Positions 20,589-30,018 of a stretch of DNA of 64,000 nucleotides are shown here, one piece after another (positions within the stretch are counted from its first letter, which is position 1; every line of letters begins with the position of its first letter). Where the stretch lies: NCBI GenBank assembly GCA_963814715.1, contig CAWFDW010000001.1, forward strand, positions 910,184 to 974,183, given 5' to 3'. The position numbers were made by a program, and so were the translations under genes. This DNA is from an uncultured delta proteobacterium. GTDB lineage: Bacteria > Desulfobacterota > Binatia > Binatales > Binataceae. The notes beneath the pieces are model-generated. The model saw nothing but the letters and a program-made list of their open reading frames with translations. It did no database searches and was not told the origin of the DNA.

Positions 20589-21218
20589 ATGGCGCGGAAA
20601 TTCCAAACGAACCCCAGAAAACTGGCCTCTCAGGAGCGATCGCGTGCAACCGTCGATGCACTCCTGGAAGCGACTACTCGTGTTTTGATCAAAGAAGGTT
20701 ATGACAAAGCGAGCACCAACAGGATTGCCGAGGTGGCCGGCGTCAGTATCGGTTCGCTGTACCAGTACTTCCCGAGCAAGGAGGCGCTGGTGGCAGCGGT
20801 TATTGACCACCACACGCAAGAGATTTCCGCGGTGACTCGCAACGTGCTGGTCAAGGCAGCGGCGCACCCGATCGAGACTGCGACGCGGGAATTCGTTTCA
20901 GCTGCAATCGACGGTCACCGCGTCAATCCCAAGCTGCATGGCGTCCTTGCGGAACAGATCCCACATGTTGGGCGGCTTCAAAATATCGAGGCTAACGTCC
21001 GGGATGGTTATGCACTGGTCCGGGGCTATCTCGAGGCACATCGAGATGAGATCGATGTCGCCGACCTCGATCTCGCGGCCTTTGTCCTGGTGACAGTAGT
21101 CGAAGCACTGACCCATGCCGCCGTCCTGCGTCGCCCGGACATCCTCAGCGACGAGAAAGCAGGCAGGTTTGTGGACGACGTAACGCGCCTCGTGGTCCGG
21201 TATCTGCGAAGCTCGTAA
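20589..21218 (+). CDS. TetR family transcriptional regulator
   Basis: N-terminal HTH TNRIAEVAGVSIGSLYQYFPSKEAL. Confidence 0.9.
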   Translation: MARKFQTNPRKLASQERSRATVDALLEATTRVLIKEGYDKASTNRIAEVAGVSIGSLYQYFPSKEALVAAVIDHHTQEISAVTRNVLVKAAAHPIETATREFVSAAIDGHRVNPKLHGVLAEQIPHVGRLQNIEANVRDGYALVRGYLEAHRDEIDVADLDLAAFVLVTVVEALTHAAVLRRPDILSDEKAGRFVDDVTRLVVRYLRSS

Positions 21219-21293
21219 ACGGCAGAGCTGCTCCTGCTTCGGCATGTGATCTCTTGCAGCGCGAGGTCCTCTGGGAGCACCTTTGGAAGCAAG

Positions 21294-22467
21294 ATGAGCA
21301 CGTCGCACCAATCGACCTCCGCGTCCGCCCGCAGAATCCAGTTCGCTTTCACCGACGAGCAGGAGCAATTCCGCTCGGCGGTTCGGCGATTTCTAAACGA
21401 CAAATCTCCTACCACCGAGGTTCGGCGCCTGATGGCGACCGCCGAGGGTTACGATCCCTGCGGTGTGGCGCCAGCTGAGCGAGGAACTCGCACTCCCCGG
21501 CATCCACGTGCCAGAGCAATATGGCGGCGCAGGGTTTGGCATGGTGGAGCTTTGCATCGTTACGGAGGAGCTTGGCCGCGCACTGCTTTGCGCTCCTTAT
21601 TTTTCTTCGGCCGTGCTCGCTGCCAATGCGATTCTGAGCGCTGGTACCGAAGCGCAGAAGTCCGCCTTGTTGCCCGAGATCGCAAAAGGGGCACGCCTGG
21701 CGACGCTCGCGATCACCGAGCCCGATGGCAATTGGGATCCAGCCGGCATCAAGGTTGTCGCCACTCCCGATTCGGACGGCTATCGTCTCGACGGAGTCAA
21801 AAGTTTCGTCGTCGACGGCCACGTGGCGGAGTTGTTGATCGTCGCTGCACGAGCGCCGGAGACTACCGGCCTTGAGGGGCTGGCGCTGTTCACACTCGAT
21901 GCGAATACCCGCGGCGTGGAACGACGCCCTCTGGAATCCATGGATCCCACTCGCAAGATCGCACGCATCGATTTTCGCGGCGCTCATGCGAACCTGCTCG
22001 GCAACCTCGACGATGGTGCAGAGCCGATCCTCCGTACGCTCGATCGGGCGGCGATCGCGCTTGCCAACGAGATGGTGGGCGGCGCCCAGACCATGCTCGA
22101 CTCGGCGGTAAGCTATGCGAAGCTGCGGGTGCAGTTCGGACGGACCATAGGCTCGTTCCAGGCCATCAAGCACAAGCTCGCCGATATGCTGCTGGACGTG
22201 GAGCTTGCCAAGTCGGCGGCCTATTACGCAGCTCAAGCCGCTGCGGCCGACGATCCCGAGTGGCCCGCGCTCGCAAGTCTGGCCAAAGCCGCCGCGTCAG
22301 AAACGTACCTGCATACCGCGGTCGAATGTATTCAGATTCACGGCGGCATCGGCTTCACCTGGGACAACGACACGCATCTCTGGTTCAAGCGAGCGAAAAG
22401 CTCCGAGGTGTTCCTCGGTCAACCGAGTTATCACCGGGAACTTTTGATGCAACGTTGGGGAGTTTGA
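21294..22467 (+). pseudogene. acyl-CoA dehydrogenase interrupted by a 1-nt frameshift near 21459 (or a sequence error)
   Basis: The N-terminus MSTSH...FAFTDEQEQFRSAVRRFL...EGYDP is in frame 0 up to 21458. The remainder, AVWRQLSEELALPGIHVPEQYGGAGFG..., is in frame +1 from 21460 to the stop at 22467. Confidence 0.8.
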
Positions 22468-22470
22468 ACG

Positions 22471-23715
22471 ATGAGCAACGTCACCGAAGCTGAGGTGCGC
22501 GCCGAAGTGCGCGAGTGGCTGGCGGCCAACTGGGATCCCGATATGCCGCTGGTCGAGTGGCGCGGCAAGCTTGCGGATTCCGGATGGGGAATGCCGCAAT
22601 GGCCGAAGGAATGGTACGGCCGCGAACTTTCGCACGCGCTGACGCGAGTGGTGGAGGAGGAGTTCGCCAACATCGGCGCCGTCCGCGCCGCCAGCTCCGG
22701 AGTGCGATTGCTGGCCGCTGCAACCCTGCTCGAGCACGGATCTGATCAGCAAAAAAAGCAGTTCCTTCGACGCATTCTCACCGGGGAAGATACCTGGTGC
22801 CAGTTCTTCAGCGAGCCGGGCAGCGGTTCCGATCTCGCCGGCGCCACCACGCGCGCGGATTTGAAAGGAGACTTCTGGATCGTCAACGGACAGAAGGTCT
22901 GGACGACCAGTGCGCATCATGCCGACCACGGCCTGTTGCTCGCCCGCACCGATTGGGACGCGCCCAAGCATGAGGGGCTCTCGTATTTCGTGATCAATCT
23001 GAAGCAACCCGGCGTCGACGTGCAGCCGCTCAAACAGATGAATGGGCACGCGTCGTTTAACCAGGTGTTCTTCACCGACGCGAAAGTCCCCAAGGAGAAT
23101 ATTGTCGGGCGTGTCGGCGATGGATGGAAGGTGGCGATGACGACGCTCGCTCACGAGCGGCGCGGTGTGGAGGCGATGAGCGCACTGCCAAGGAGCGGGT
23201 CGCCCAAGGGGCGGATCTACCTTGAAGAGCGAGCAGAAGCCCAAAAGGCGAATCAGCCTTACACGTGGTATCCGCAACGCGCCGGCCGCGTGGACCTCAT
23301 TATCGATCGTGCGAAGGAGACGGGCGCGAACAAGGATCCTTACGTCCGCCAGGAGATAGCTAAACTCATGACCTTGGCCAAGAGCGCCGAGTGGACTGCG
23401 CGCCGCGCACGCGCCGCTCAGCAACAGGGACGGCCGCAAGGCCCGGAAGGCTCCCTCGGAAAACTCGCAGCTAGTCACGTCGCGCGAGCCTGCGCCCGCG
23501 TGCATACGCTGATGACGGGCACTGAAGCGATGCTCACCGGAAGCGAAAGTCCGCGCGAAGGAATCATCGCGGAAATTCTGGTCTCGGTGCCCGCCGTTTC
23601 CATCGCCGGAGGCACCGACGAAATCCAGCGCAACATCATCGCGGAGCGTGTGCTCGAGCTACCGAAAGAACCCCGCTTCGACACCGGCCCATTCCGAAAC
23701 GTGCGAAAGAACTAA
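22471..23715 (+). CDS. acyl-CoA dehydrogenase family protein
   Basis: Starts 3 nt after the previous ACAD stop. CQFFSEPGSGSDLAG, WIVNGQKVWTS and the C-terminal GGTDEIQRNIIAERVL are ACAD signatures. Confidence 0.88.
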   Translation: MSNVTEAEVRAEVREWLAANWDPDMPLVEWRGKLADSGWGMPQWPKEWYGRELSHALTRVVEEEFANIGAVRAASSGVRLLAAATLLEHGSDQQKKQFLRRILTGEDTWCQFFSEPGSGSDLAGATTRADLKGDFWIVNGQKVWTTSAHHADHGLLLARTDWDAPKHEGLSYFVINLKQPGVDVQPLKQMNGHASFNQVFFTDAKVPKENIVGRVGDGWKVAMTTLAHERRGVEAMSALPRSGSPKGRIYLEERAEAQKANQPYTWYPQRAGRVDLIIDRAKETGANKDPYVRQEIAKLMTLAKSAEWTARRARAAQQQGRPQGPEGSLGKLAASHVARACARVHTLMTGTEAMLTGSESPREGIIAEILVSVPAVSIAGGTDEIQRNIIAERVLELPKEPRFDTGPFRNVRKN

Positions 23716-23746
23716 GCGCGCGCGCACTTGGCGAGGATATTTGTCG

Positions 23747-24610
23747 ATGAAAATTGGCGCGTTGGTTTTTCTCACTGAGCAATCCGGCAACCCGGGCGCG
23801 ATCGCGCGCGAAGCTGAAAACCTCGGCTTCGAATCATTCTTTGTCGCCGAGCACATGGTGGTGCCGAGCACCTACACCACCCACTACCCGCGCTCGCGCG
23901 ATGGAAAAGTCCCGGAGTTCTATGCGCGCCTGATCGATCCGTTCGTTGCGCTCGCGATTGCGGCCGACGCGACCTCGCGGATCAAAATCGGCACGGCGAT
24001 TTGTCTGTTGCCGCAACGCGATGTGATCGAGACTGCCAAAGTGACGGCATCGATCGATCTCTATTCGAAGGGCCGGCTGATTCTCGGCGTCGGCGCGGGA
24101 TGGTTCCGCGAGGAAGCGGAAGTCATGGGCGTCGATTTCGCACGGCGCTGGCATCACCTGCGCGAATCGGTCGAGGCGTTGCGCAAGCTATGGAGCGGCG
24201 ACGACGTCAGCTATGCGGGCGAGTTCGTGAAGTTCCCGCAAGTGAAGCTCGGACCCAAGCCGGTGCAAAAGCCGGGGCCACCGATATTGCTCGGCGCCCA
24301 CGATCCGAAGTATGCGCTCAAACGTGTCGCGCGCTACGCCGACGGATGGTGCCCGGGCGGCCTCAGCGTCGAGAAGGCGCGCGAGTGCATTCCGCAGATC
24401 AAAAGGATGGCAAAAGAGTTCGGCCGCGATCCCGACCAACTCGAGTTCTCGGTGCTGCTGGGCGCAGAGGGACCGAGCGACGATGTAGTGAAGCAATACC
24501 GCGAGGCGGGCGTGACCCGGCTGGTCGTAGCCGCGTCCGCGGTATCGGAAGACGGCGTCAAAGTAGTGCGAGGACTGGGATCGATCGTCGAGCGCGCGGC
24601 GAAGCTCTAG
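23747..24610 (+). CDS. LLM class F420/FMN-dependent oxidoreductase
   Basis: Start set at MKIGALVFLTEQ (ATG 23747). AREAENLGFESFFVAEH and LILGVGAGWFREE are LLM motifs. Confidence 0.85.
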   Translation: MKIGALVFLTEQSGNPGAIAREAENLGFESFFVAEHMVVPSTYTTHYPRSRDGKVPEFYARLIDPFVALAIAADATSRIKIGTAICLLPQRDVIETAKVTASIDLYSKGRLILGVGAGWFREEAEVMGVDFARRWHHLRESVEALRKLWSGDDVSYAGEFVKFPQVKLGPKPVQKPGPPILLGAHDPKYALKRVARYADGWCPGGLSVEKARECIPQIKRMAKEFGRDPDQLEFSVLLGAEGPSDDVVKQYREAGVTRLVVAASAVSEDGVKVVRGLGSIVERAAKL

Positions 24611-25233
24611 CGGACCAGATGGATGCTCGTGGTTTGGTTCGAGGGCTTATTCGTAATCAGCGAGTCCGGAGTTCTTCGAGGACGCTCCAAAAAGTTTGGA
24701 ATAATGTTCACGAGGGCCGGCGTTGATCGCCGCTGAAAGCGCTGAACTTGCCATCCGTTGCGTCTCAAATCGAGTAATTAAACCAACGGATATTCAGCGA
24801 CTTTGTCCCAACTTTGACCCCGCCTCGATGAGCGTGGTGGCTCCAGCAGTATAGGACGACGAGCGGGCGTCGGTACCTAAGCTAATATCTAGTCTCGACG
24901 ATGGGGTTTCGCTACACGCGCTCCGAAAGACTCATTACGTTCTCGTCACCTATGAAGCTCCCTAGTGTCCTTCGTGCAAAATGTTCATTTTATCCGATAT
25001 CACCCGCTAATTGCTCGCGTTCGATTCCCACCCAATCGTGACAACCTGCGCCTCATCCCGTTGGCGCAAACTGGCCCCTTCAATACGATGCCGTCGATTG
25101 GCCGTTCCATCACTGAGTGCTCCCGATAAGAGCAAGGTGGCCAATGCACACGCGCGTTCCGTGGCTACTTTCGTATTGCGACTTCTGTATTTGGTGTGTG
25201 CCATAAACGCCAGCAAGCGAGGCCAAGAGTAGT

Positions 25234-25695
25234 ATGCCAAAACTAAGATCAGTTCTGATCGTCGTTGGGATGCTGATATGCGGTCTGATTGTGAGCACCA
25301 CCGGAGCTCCGCGCGCTATCGCTGGCCCGACCGTGACCGTTGAGAACACCGTGGCGAATCCCGTGGGCGTGGTTAGTGCCGACAATCCGGCTCGTAATCC
25401 CTTTCAAATGTCGGTCGGTGGCAAACCGTTCAACACCGCGGTCCTTGTCTTTACTGTGCCCGCCGGACAAAGACTGGTGGTCGATTTCTTCTCGGCCGAA
25501 GGTGTCGTTCCGGTCGGTCAGACCGTAAGCCGCTTCATCCTGGGTGTTCAGCCCCCGAGCGCTTCGCTGGGCACCGTGACCTTCGACCATGTAGTCGGTC
25601 CGACCTCGAATGGACCGTCCGAAGGGAATGGCCGCGTTTATCGCATCTCAGCCGATGCAGCTGTTTGTCGATCCGGGTCAGGAGCTAGTCGTTGA
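25234..25695 (+). CDS. secreted hypothetical protein; C-terminus probably continues in another frame to 25765
   Basis: Signal/TM segment MPKLRSVLIVVGMLICGLIV. The motif VPAGQRLVVDFFS recurs as VDPGQELVVDAVS in the +1 frame (see finding). Confidence 0.5.
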   Translation: MPKLRSVLIVVGMLICGLIVSTTGAPRAIAGPTVTVENTVANPVGVVSADNPARNPFQMSVGGKPFNTAVLVFTVPAGQRLVVDFFSAEGVVPVGQTVSRFILGVQPPSASLGTVTFDHVVGPTSNGPSEGNGRVYRISADAAVCRSGSGASR

Positions 25696-26182
25696 CGCGG
25701 TCAGCGATAGCCCCAGCGGCAACGCGTCCTTCAACATTAGCGGACACCTGGTCAATTTGCCTTAGCGGCGCGCTGGCTCGGGGTTTGAAGGCGCGGTGTT
25801 CGAGCTACATTGCCCGCAGCGACGACCGTTGTCATCGCCAGCGATTGCCTATCAGACTGGCTATGATGCCGTTCTCGCGGCCTGACTATTTCAGCACTTG
25901 TCTTAGCGGAGAGAATTAGCGGGAAGAAGGATACATAGTCCTTCGCTCCACGGCCGGATGAAAGCTGTCCGCTAGTGATCCCAACGGACTCCTTCGAAAT
26001 CTTCCGGTGCAACGACGGGCTAGAGAGCCATACAGAGTGTGGCATAAATGCAACGGATTGTAGTTCTGAATGCATTGATCACAAGTTTTTCGTGTAAGCC
26101 GTTCTACATTTAGACAACAAATAACATCTTTTAGACTAAGCCTGACGCTTAACGGGCCAAATGAGCCGAACTGGTATGCGTC

Positions 26183-27016
26183 TTGCTGGTAGGCTTGCAA
26201 GGTTTTAATGACTTGTTTCGCCGAGAACAAAAGACGGTCGATTCCACGCCGGTGATAGACGCGGCAGAGCTGCGCAAGCGGTTGATGGGCGTGCGTTCGT
26301 CTACGCAAACCGAGGGCGATGAAGCGATTCAGTCGAGCGATGAAAAGAGGGGCTCACTAACCCAACCAGCGCAGTCAATTTCAAACAACTCGGCAACCAG
26401 CAGCGGCCTCCAAGAGATCCCTGGGCCGAAACCGGACGCCGTCGAGAGGGTCTATACCATGAGCCAAATCGACTCCCCTTCTGCACCATCCTCAGTGGCA
26501 AAGATGTTTGAGCCCACAAGAGCCTTTCAGGAACGTTTTTCAAAATTGGGTACAGCCTTTGATCAGCTGGAGCGGCTGGCGAAGGACGCGACCAGCGCCT
26601 TCGCGCAGGTTTCCGAGCTTGCCGATCATCTCGGTCAATTCGCGGAAGCCTACGCGCCAGTGAAGAAATTTCAAAGCGAGGTTGGAGTCCTCGCGCAAAA
26701 ATTCGATCCTTTCCAGGGTATTCACAATCAGCTCACGGAAATGTCAAGTTCCTTCCGCGACCATCTGCACTATCTAGCGGCGGTTCTGGAACCGGTGACT
26801 AACGTCCAACGGCGCCTCTCGGAGCTGGCCGCGACCTTTGAGCCCGTGGTCGAAGTGAAGAAACGATTCCAGGCGCTGGAGCGCGAGTTTGAGACTGCGG
26901 GGAGTCCGTCCCCGACCGGTTCGGCTCAGAGCGTTTCTCCTCCCAAGGAACAAGCGGCAGCGTCGCGGGTCGTAGGGCTTAGTTCGAGCCAAGATACGAG
27001 TCGAAGAGCGAGCTAA
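26183..27016 (+). CDS. hypothetical protein with periodic helical repeats
   Basis: Long ORF of uncertain start. The C-terminal half has four or five units of about 20-22 aa ending in F-[ED]-P. No known domain. Confidence 0.5.
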   Translation: MLVGLQGFNDLFRREQKTVDSTPVIDAAELRKRLMGVRSSTQTEGDEAIQSSDEKRGSLTQPAQSISNNSATSSGLQEIPGPKPDAVERVYTMSQIDSPSAPSSVAKMFEPTRAFQERFSKLGTAFDQLERLAKDATSAFAQVSELADHLGQFAEAYAPVKKFQSEVGVLAQKFDPFQGIHNQLTEMSSSFRDHLHYLAAVLEPVTNVQRRLSELAATFEPVVEVKKRFQALEREFETAGSPSPTGSAQSVSPPKEQAAASRVVGLSSSQDTSRRAS

Positions 27017-27063
27017 GCGCGTACAGTCGGCGCCTTAACGTACCGCGCGGGCGGTCCTGACAG

Positions 27064-27093
27064 TGGGTTCGGCGACGACGAATTTCTACAACG
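27064..27093 (+). repeat. intergenic exact copy of a 30-nt internal LLM-gene segment (19692-19721)
   Basis: Identical 30-mer tgggttcggcgacgacgaatttctacaacg. Flanking bases differ on both sides. Confidence 0.9.
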
Positions 27094-27262
27094 TATACTC
27101 CCGGAAATCTTGACCGCCGCGATTGCGCTAGCCAGATGGCTCCGACCGTGTGCTTTGGCTCTTCGAGATCACCTTGGGCCATCGCCTTCGCCAGAGAGTT
27201 GGGCCATTCGATTTGACCCAACTGCTACAGGAATGCGATAGGAGGACGCTGGGAGGACTACG

Positions 27263-27685
27263 ATGAGCCGATCAGCAAGTTTTCTAGCGGTCCTGATGTT
27301 TTCTGCCTTACTCACTAGTTGGTCTTCAGCCGAAGCGAGGGGTGGAAATTGCCAAACGAAACTTGTTGGCAAGTCGTACATTTGCACTATCAAGTTCCCT
27401 GGAGCTTCAGAGGGTCCAGCTTGCTGGGAATTTGAAACCGGGGGAGTCTCTTCGGAGTTTGACCTTGTCCTTAACCCCGCGCACTACGGCTGCTCATGCG
27501 AGACGAAGGGTCCTTTCAAGTCGCCGTCGTTCAATTCTTCGAGCGCCTTTGAATGTGTAGACTCCCTCACCGGCTTTCAGTTTCACGGGAAAATAAACTC
27601 GAAAGGGATCAGCGGCCAAGGATCGAATGAAAACGGCGAGCCGGCTATCTTCAACTGCACGGAGAGTGCGACGGCTTGCCAATGA
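27263..27685 (+). CDS. small secreted cysteine-rich protein
   Basis: Signal peptide MSRSASFLAVLMFSALLTSWSSAEA, about nine Cys in the mature part, and GGAGG-like sequence upstream. No known domain. Confidence 0.55.
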   Translation: MSRSASFLAVLMFSALLTSWSSAEARGGNCQTKLVGKSYICTIKFPGASEGPACWEFETGGVSSEFDLVLNPAHYGCSCETKGPFKSPSFNSSSAFECVDSLTGFQFHGKINSKGISGQGSNENGEPAIFNCTESATACQ

Positions 27686-27793
27686 ATCACGGCGCGTTCT
27701 TCAAAAATCGTGCACTATCCGAAATTTCGTCATGCGGCGGGGGTTGCGTGCGAACGACTCTCTTTTGAACCGTAAGACGATGACAATGCACCC

Positions 27794-28546
27794 TCAGTGA
27801 AGACCGCCGGAGGCGCTGATTCGTTCGCCTGTCAGCCACGCCGAATCGTCTGAGGCGAGAAAAACAATGACTGGCGCGATTTCCTCCGGCTTGGCAAATC
27901 GCGCGCCGAGCGGAGTAGTCGCCGCGATTGCATCTCCGTCGGAACTTCCCACGAAGCCGATCTTGCGATTCCCCTCAGTGTCAACCAGACCCGGCGCGAC
28001 GGTATTAACCCGAATATTGCGCGGTCCCAGCTCCTTTGAAAAGGCCATCGTGAGCGTGTCTATCGCGCCTTTCGTCGCCGCATAGAGAGACGAGCTAGGC
28101 ACAGGATTTTCGCTCGCGATCGAGCTGATGTTTACGATGCTTCCGCCGCTCCGAGAGAAATGCTTGAGCGCTTCCTGAGTCGCAAGAATCGTCCCCAGCA
28201 CGTTTACGTTGAAGTGGCGATGGAATCCATCCTCAGTGATCGCCTCAATCGGTTGAAACTCAAAGACTCCGGCGTTATTCACGAGCACACTCGGCGATCC
28301 CAAAGCCTTCTCGGTCTCCTCGAACAGACGCTTCACGTCGGCCGCTTTGGAGATATCAGCCTGGATCGCCAAAGCCTTACCGCCTGTGTGCTTGATCTCC
28401 ACTACGGTGCGCTCGGCTCCTTCTTTGCCCGCGGAGTAGTTAACTACAACGGATGCACCTGCTTGCGCCAAGCCTTTGGCGATAGCCGCTCCTATTCCCT
28501 TGGACGCTCCTGTTACGATGGCCACCTTGCCTGTCAACTTGTTCAT
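27794..28546 (-). CDS. short-chain dehydrogenase/reductase (FabG-like)
   Basis: VAIVTGASKGIGAAIA, NNAGV, and YAATKGAI (YxxxK). Confidence 0.9.
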   Translation of the reverse strand: MNKLTGKVAIVTGASKGIGAAIAKGLAQAGASVVVNYSAGKEGAERTVVEIKHTGGKALAIQADISKAADVKRLFEETEKALGSPSVLVNNAGVFEFQPIEAITEDGFHRHFNVNVLGTILATQEALKHFSRSGGSIVNISSIASENPVPSSSLYAATKGAIDTLTMAFSKELGPRNIRVNTVAPGLVDTEGNRKIGFVGSSDGDAIAATTPLGARFAKPEEIAPVIVFLASDDSAWLTGERISASGGLH

Positions 28547-28591
28547 TTTGTGATCTCCTTATGGAATTCGAAATTCGTTGGCTTCAGCGTG

Positions 28592-29137
28592 TTACCCCGC
28601 CTTTCTTTGCGTGTGTGCAGTATCCAGCGTCTCAGTCAGTTCGTCGGCCTTCCTTGCCGGGAGCGACACTCTCACCAGGTCCTGTTTCAGTAGATAGAAA
28701 GACACGGCGAGGAGGACGAAGTCTTTCATCAGGAATGCCGTGTTCTCCGTCATTGCCGGAAAGCCGCCGGCGGACGCTGCCCAGCCATCCGGAAAAAACG
28801 GAATGATAGTTGTGGTCGACACGAATGATGCAATTCCGCCGAGCGCGCCAATAACTCCCGCCTTCTTATTCCAGAATCCCCAGAATAGGAGTGCGCCGAA
28901 CAACCACTCCGAAACCCCGAGGAACCAGGTCGCTCCCCGGATACCGAAAACAGGGTACATCCAGAAAATCAGAGGGCCGTTGCTGATATAGGGAATGAGC
29001 GCCTGCGCCTCGTAATTCCACCATTTTTGATACCCAAAGAAGAGAAAGATGATTACCATCGACGCCCGCAAAAAATGGTAGTCGAAGTCGCTTCGCAAGA
29101 GTCCGAATCTGTCGCACAGTTTGATTAGGTACTTCAT
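28592..29137 (-). CDS. DUF417 (YkgB-like) membrane protein
   Basis: Start set at MKYLIKLCDRFG. Four hydrophobic helices, and the layout resembles E. coli YkgB (FLFFGYQKW...P..SNGPL). Confidence 0.75.
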   Translation of the reverse strand: MKYLIKLCDRFGLLRSDFDYHFLRASMVIIFLFFGYQKWWNYEAQALIPYISNGPLIFWMYPVFGIRGATWFLGVSEWLFGALLFWGFWNKKAGVIGALGGIASFVSTTTIIPFFPDGWAASAGGFPAMTENTAFLMKDFVLLAVSFYLLKQDLVRVSLPARKADELTETLDTAHTQRKAG

Positions 29138-29189
29138 TGGCTGCTCCTTTGGTTGGCTACGAGTTTGCCGGGATGGTTGGGGGCGCTCT

Positions 29190-29996
29190 TCATGCGTATT
29201 TTCCTTCCCGAGCACCCGGCTCGCTCTTGGCTCGCATTGATTTCATGAGGGCGGCCGACGATGCTCCTTCGAGCGACAGTCCGTAGCCAACTTCGCGCAC
29301 GATGCGCTCCTTCAACGGTTGAATAAAATGGATGCGGGTGGCGCGGCGCGTCACTTCAGGGGCCTTCAAATACAGCTCCGCCAATCCCCGCGCCCGGCTT
29401 AGCGCCGTACCATTTGGTACAACTTCGGCGACTACTCCCCACTCGTATGCGGTACGCGCAGGCAGCGGCTGTGGGTTCAGCAGGAACGCCTCCGCTCGTC
29501 CTGCTCCAGCACGGTAACTCCAGGTGGTAAAGATGCCGTCACCTGGAGCGACGCCCGCGGCAAAGTGGGCCACATCCTGGAAGGTCGCGCTCTCCGCAGC
29601 CACAATTACACTGGCAAGTAGTGCATAGTCTGAATGCACATGGGCGCGTCCCTCGATAGCTGCGATCACCGGCACGCGTATGTTGGCTATGTTTTCCAAA
29701 ACTTGAAGACCTTCGTCGTGAACCTGGCTCCAAACGCCTGGATCCGCGACGTCGCCGAAAGATGACCAATCGACATCACTAATAAACTGGCCGCCTGCGC
29801 CGGTCAGGATTACGATCTTGTTCGCTCGATCTTGCCCAATCCGGTAGAAGGCATCGACAAGTTCTGTGTGAGCTTGCGCGGACATAGTGAAAGGTCCGCC
29901 ATTAATGTGGAATTCAGCAACCAGCACACCGTTGGCATCTCGCGTGAGCTTTAGGTTGTGATAGGCAGTGAAGTAGTCAGCTTGAACCGTTTGCAT
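29190..29996 (-). CDS. enoyl-CoA hydratase/isomerase (crotonase) family protein
   Basis: IVILTGAGGQFISDVDW, PVIAAIEGRA, and the length fits the family. Confidence 0.8.
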   Translation of the reverse strand: MQTVQADYFTAYHNLKLTRDANGVLVAEFHINGGPFTMSAQAHTELVDAFYRIGQDRANKIVILTGAGGQFISDVDWSSFGDVADPGVWSQVHDEGLQVLENIANIRVPVIAAIEGRAHVHSDYALLASVIVAAESATFQDVAHFAAGVAPGDGIFTTWSYRAGAGRAEAFLLNPQPLPARTAYEWGVVAEVVPNGTALSRARGLAELYLKAPEVTRRATRIHFIQPLKERIVREVGYGLSLEGASSAALMKSMRAKSEPGAREGKYA

Positions 29997-30018
29997 GGTG
30001 TTCTCCTCTCAGAGTCAA

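Noticed and set aside
22297-23505. 402-aa ORF antisense to the acyl-CoA dehydrogenase genes
   Set aside because: It lies opposite two well-supported ACAD genes. The composition is Arg/Gly/Ala/Pro-rich with no motifs. This is a typical stop-poor shadow ORF in high-GC DNA.
25019-25038. tRNA-like 3' end (gTTCGATTCCCACCCAATCG: T-loop, T-stem 3' strand, acceptor-like 7-mer)
   Set aside because: The 5' partner of the T-stem (GTGGG) is absent, no cloverleaf can be drawn, and no intact tRNA occurs in the window to pair it with as an att repeat. It is kept only as a possible integration scar inside the accessory patch.
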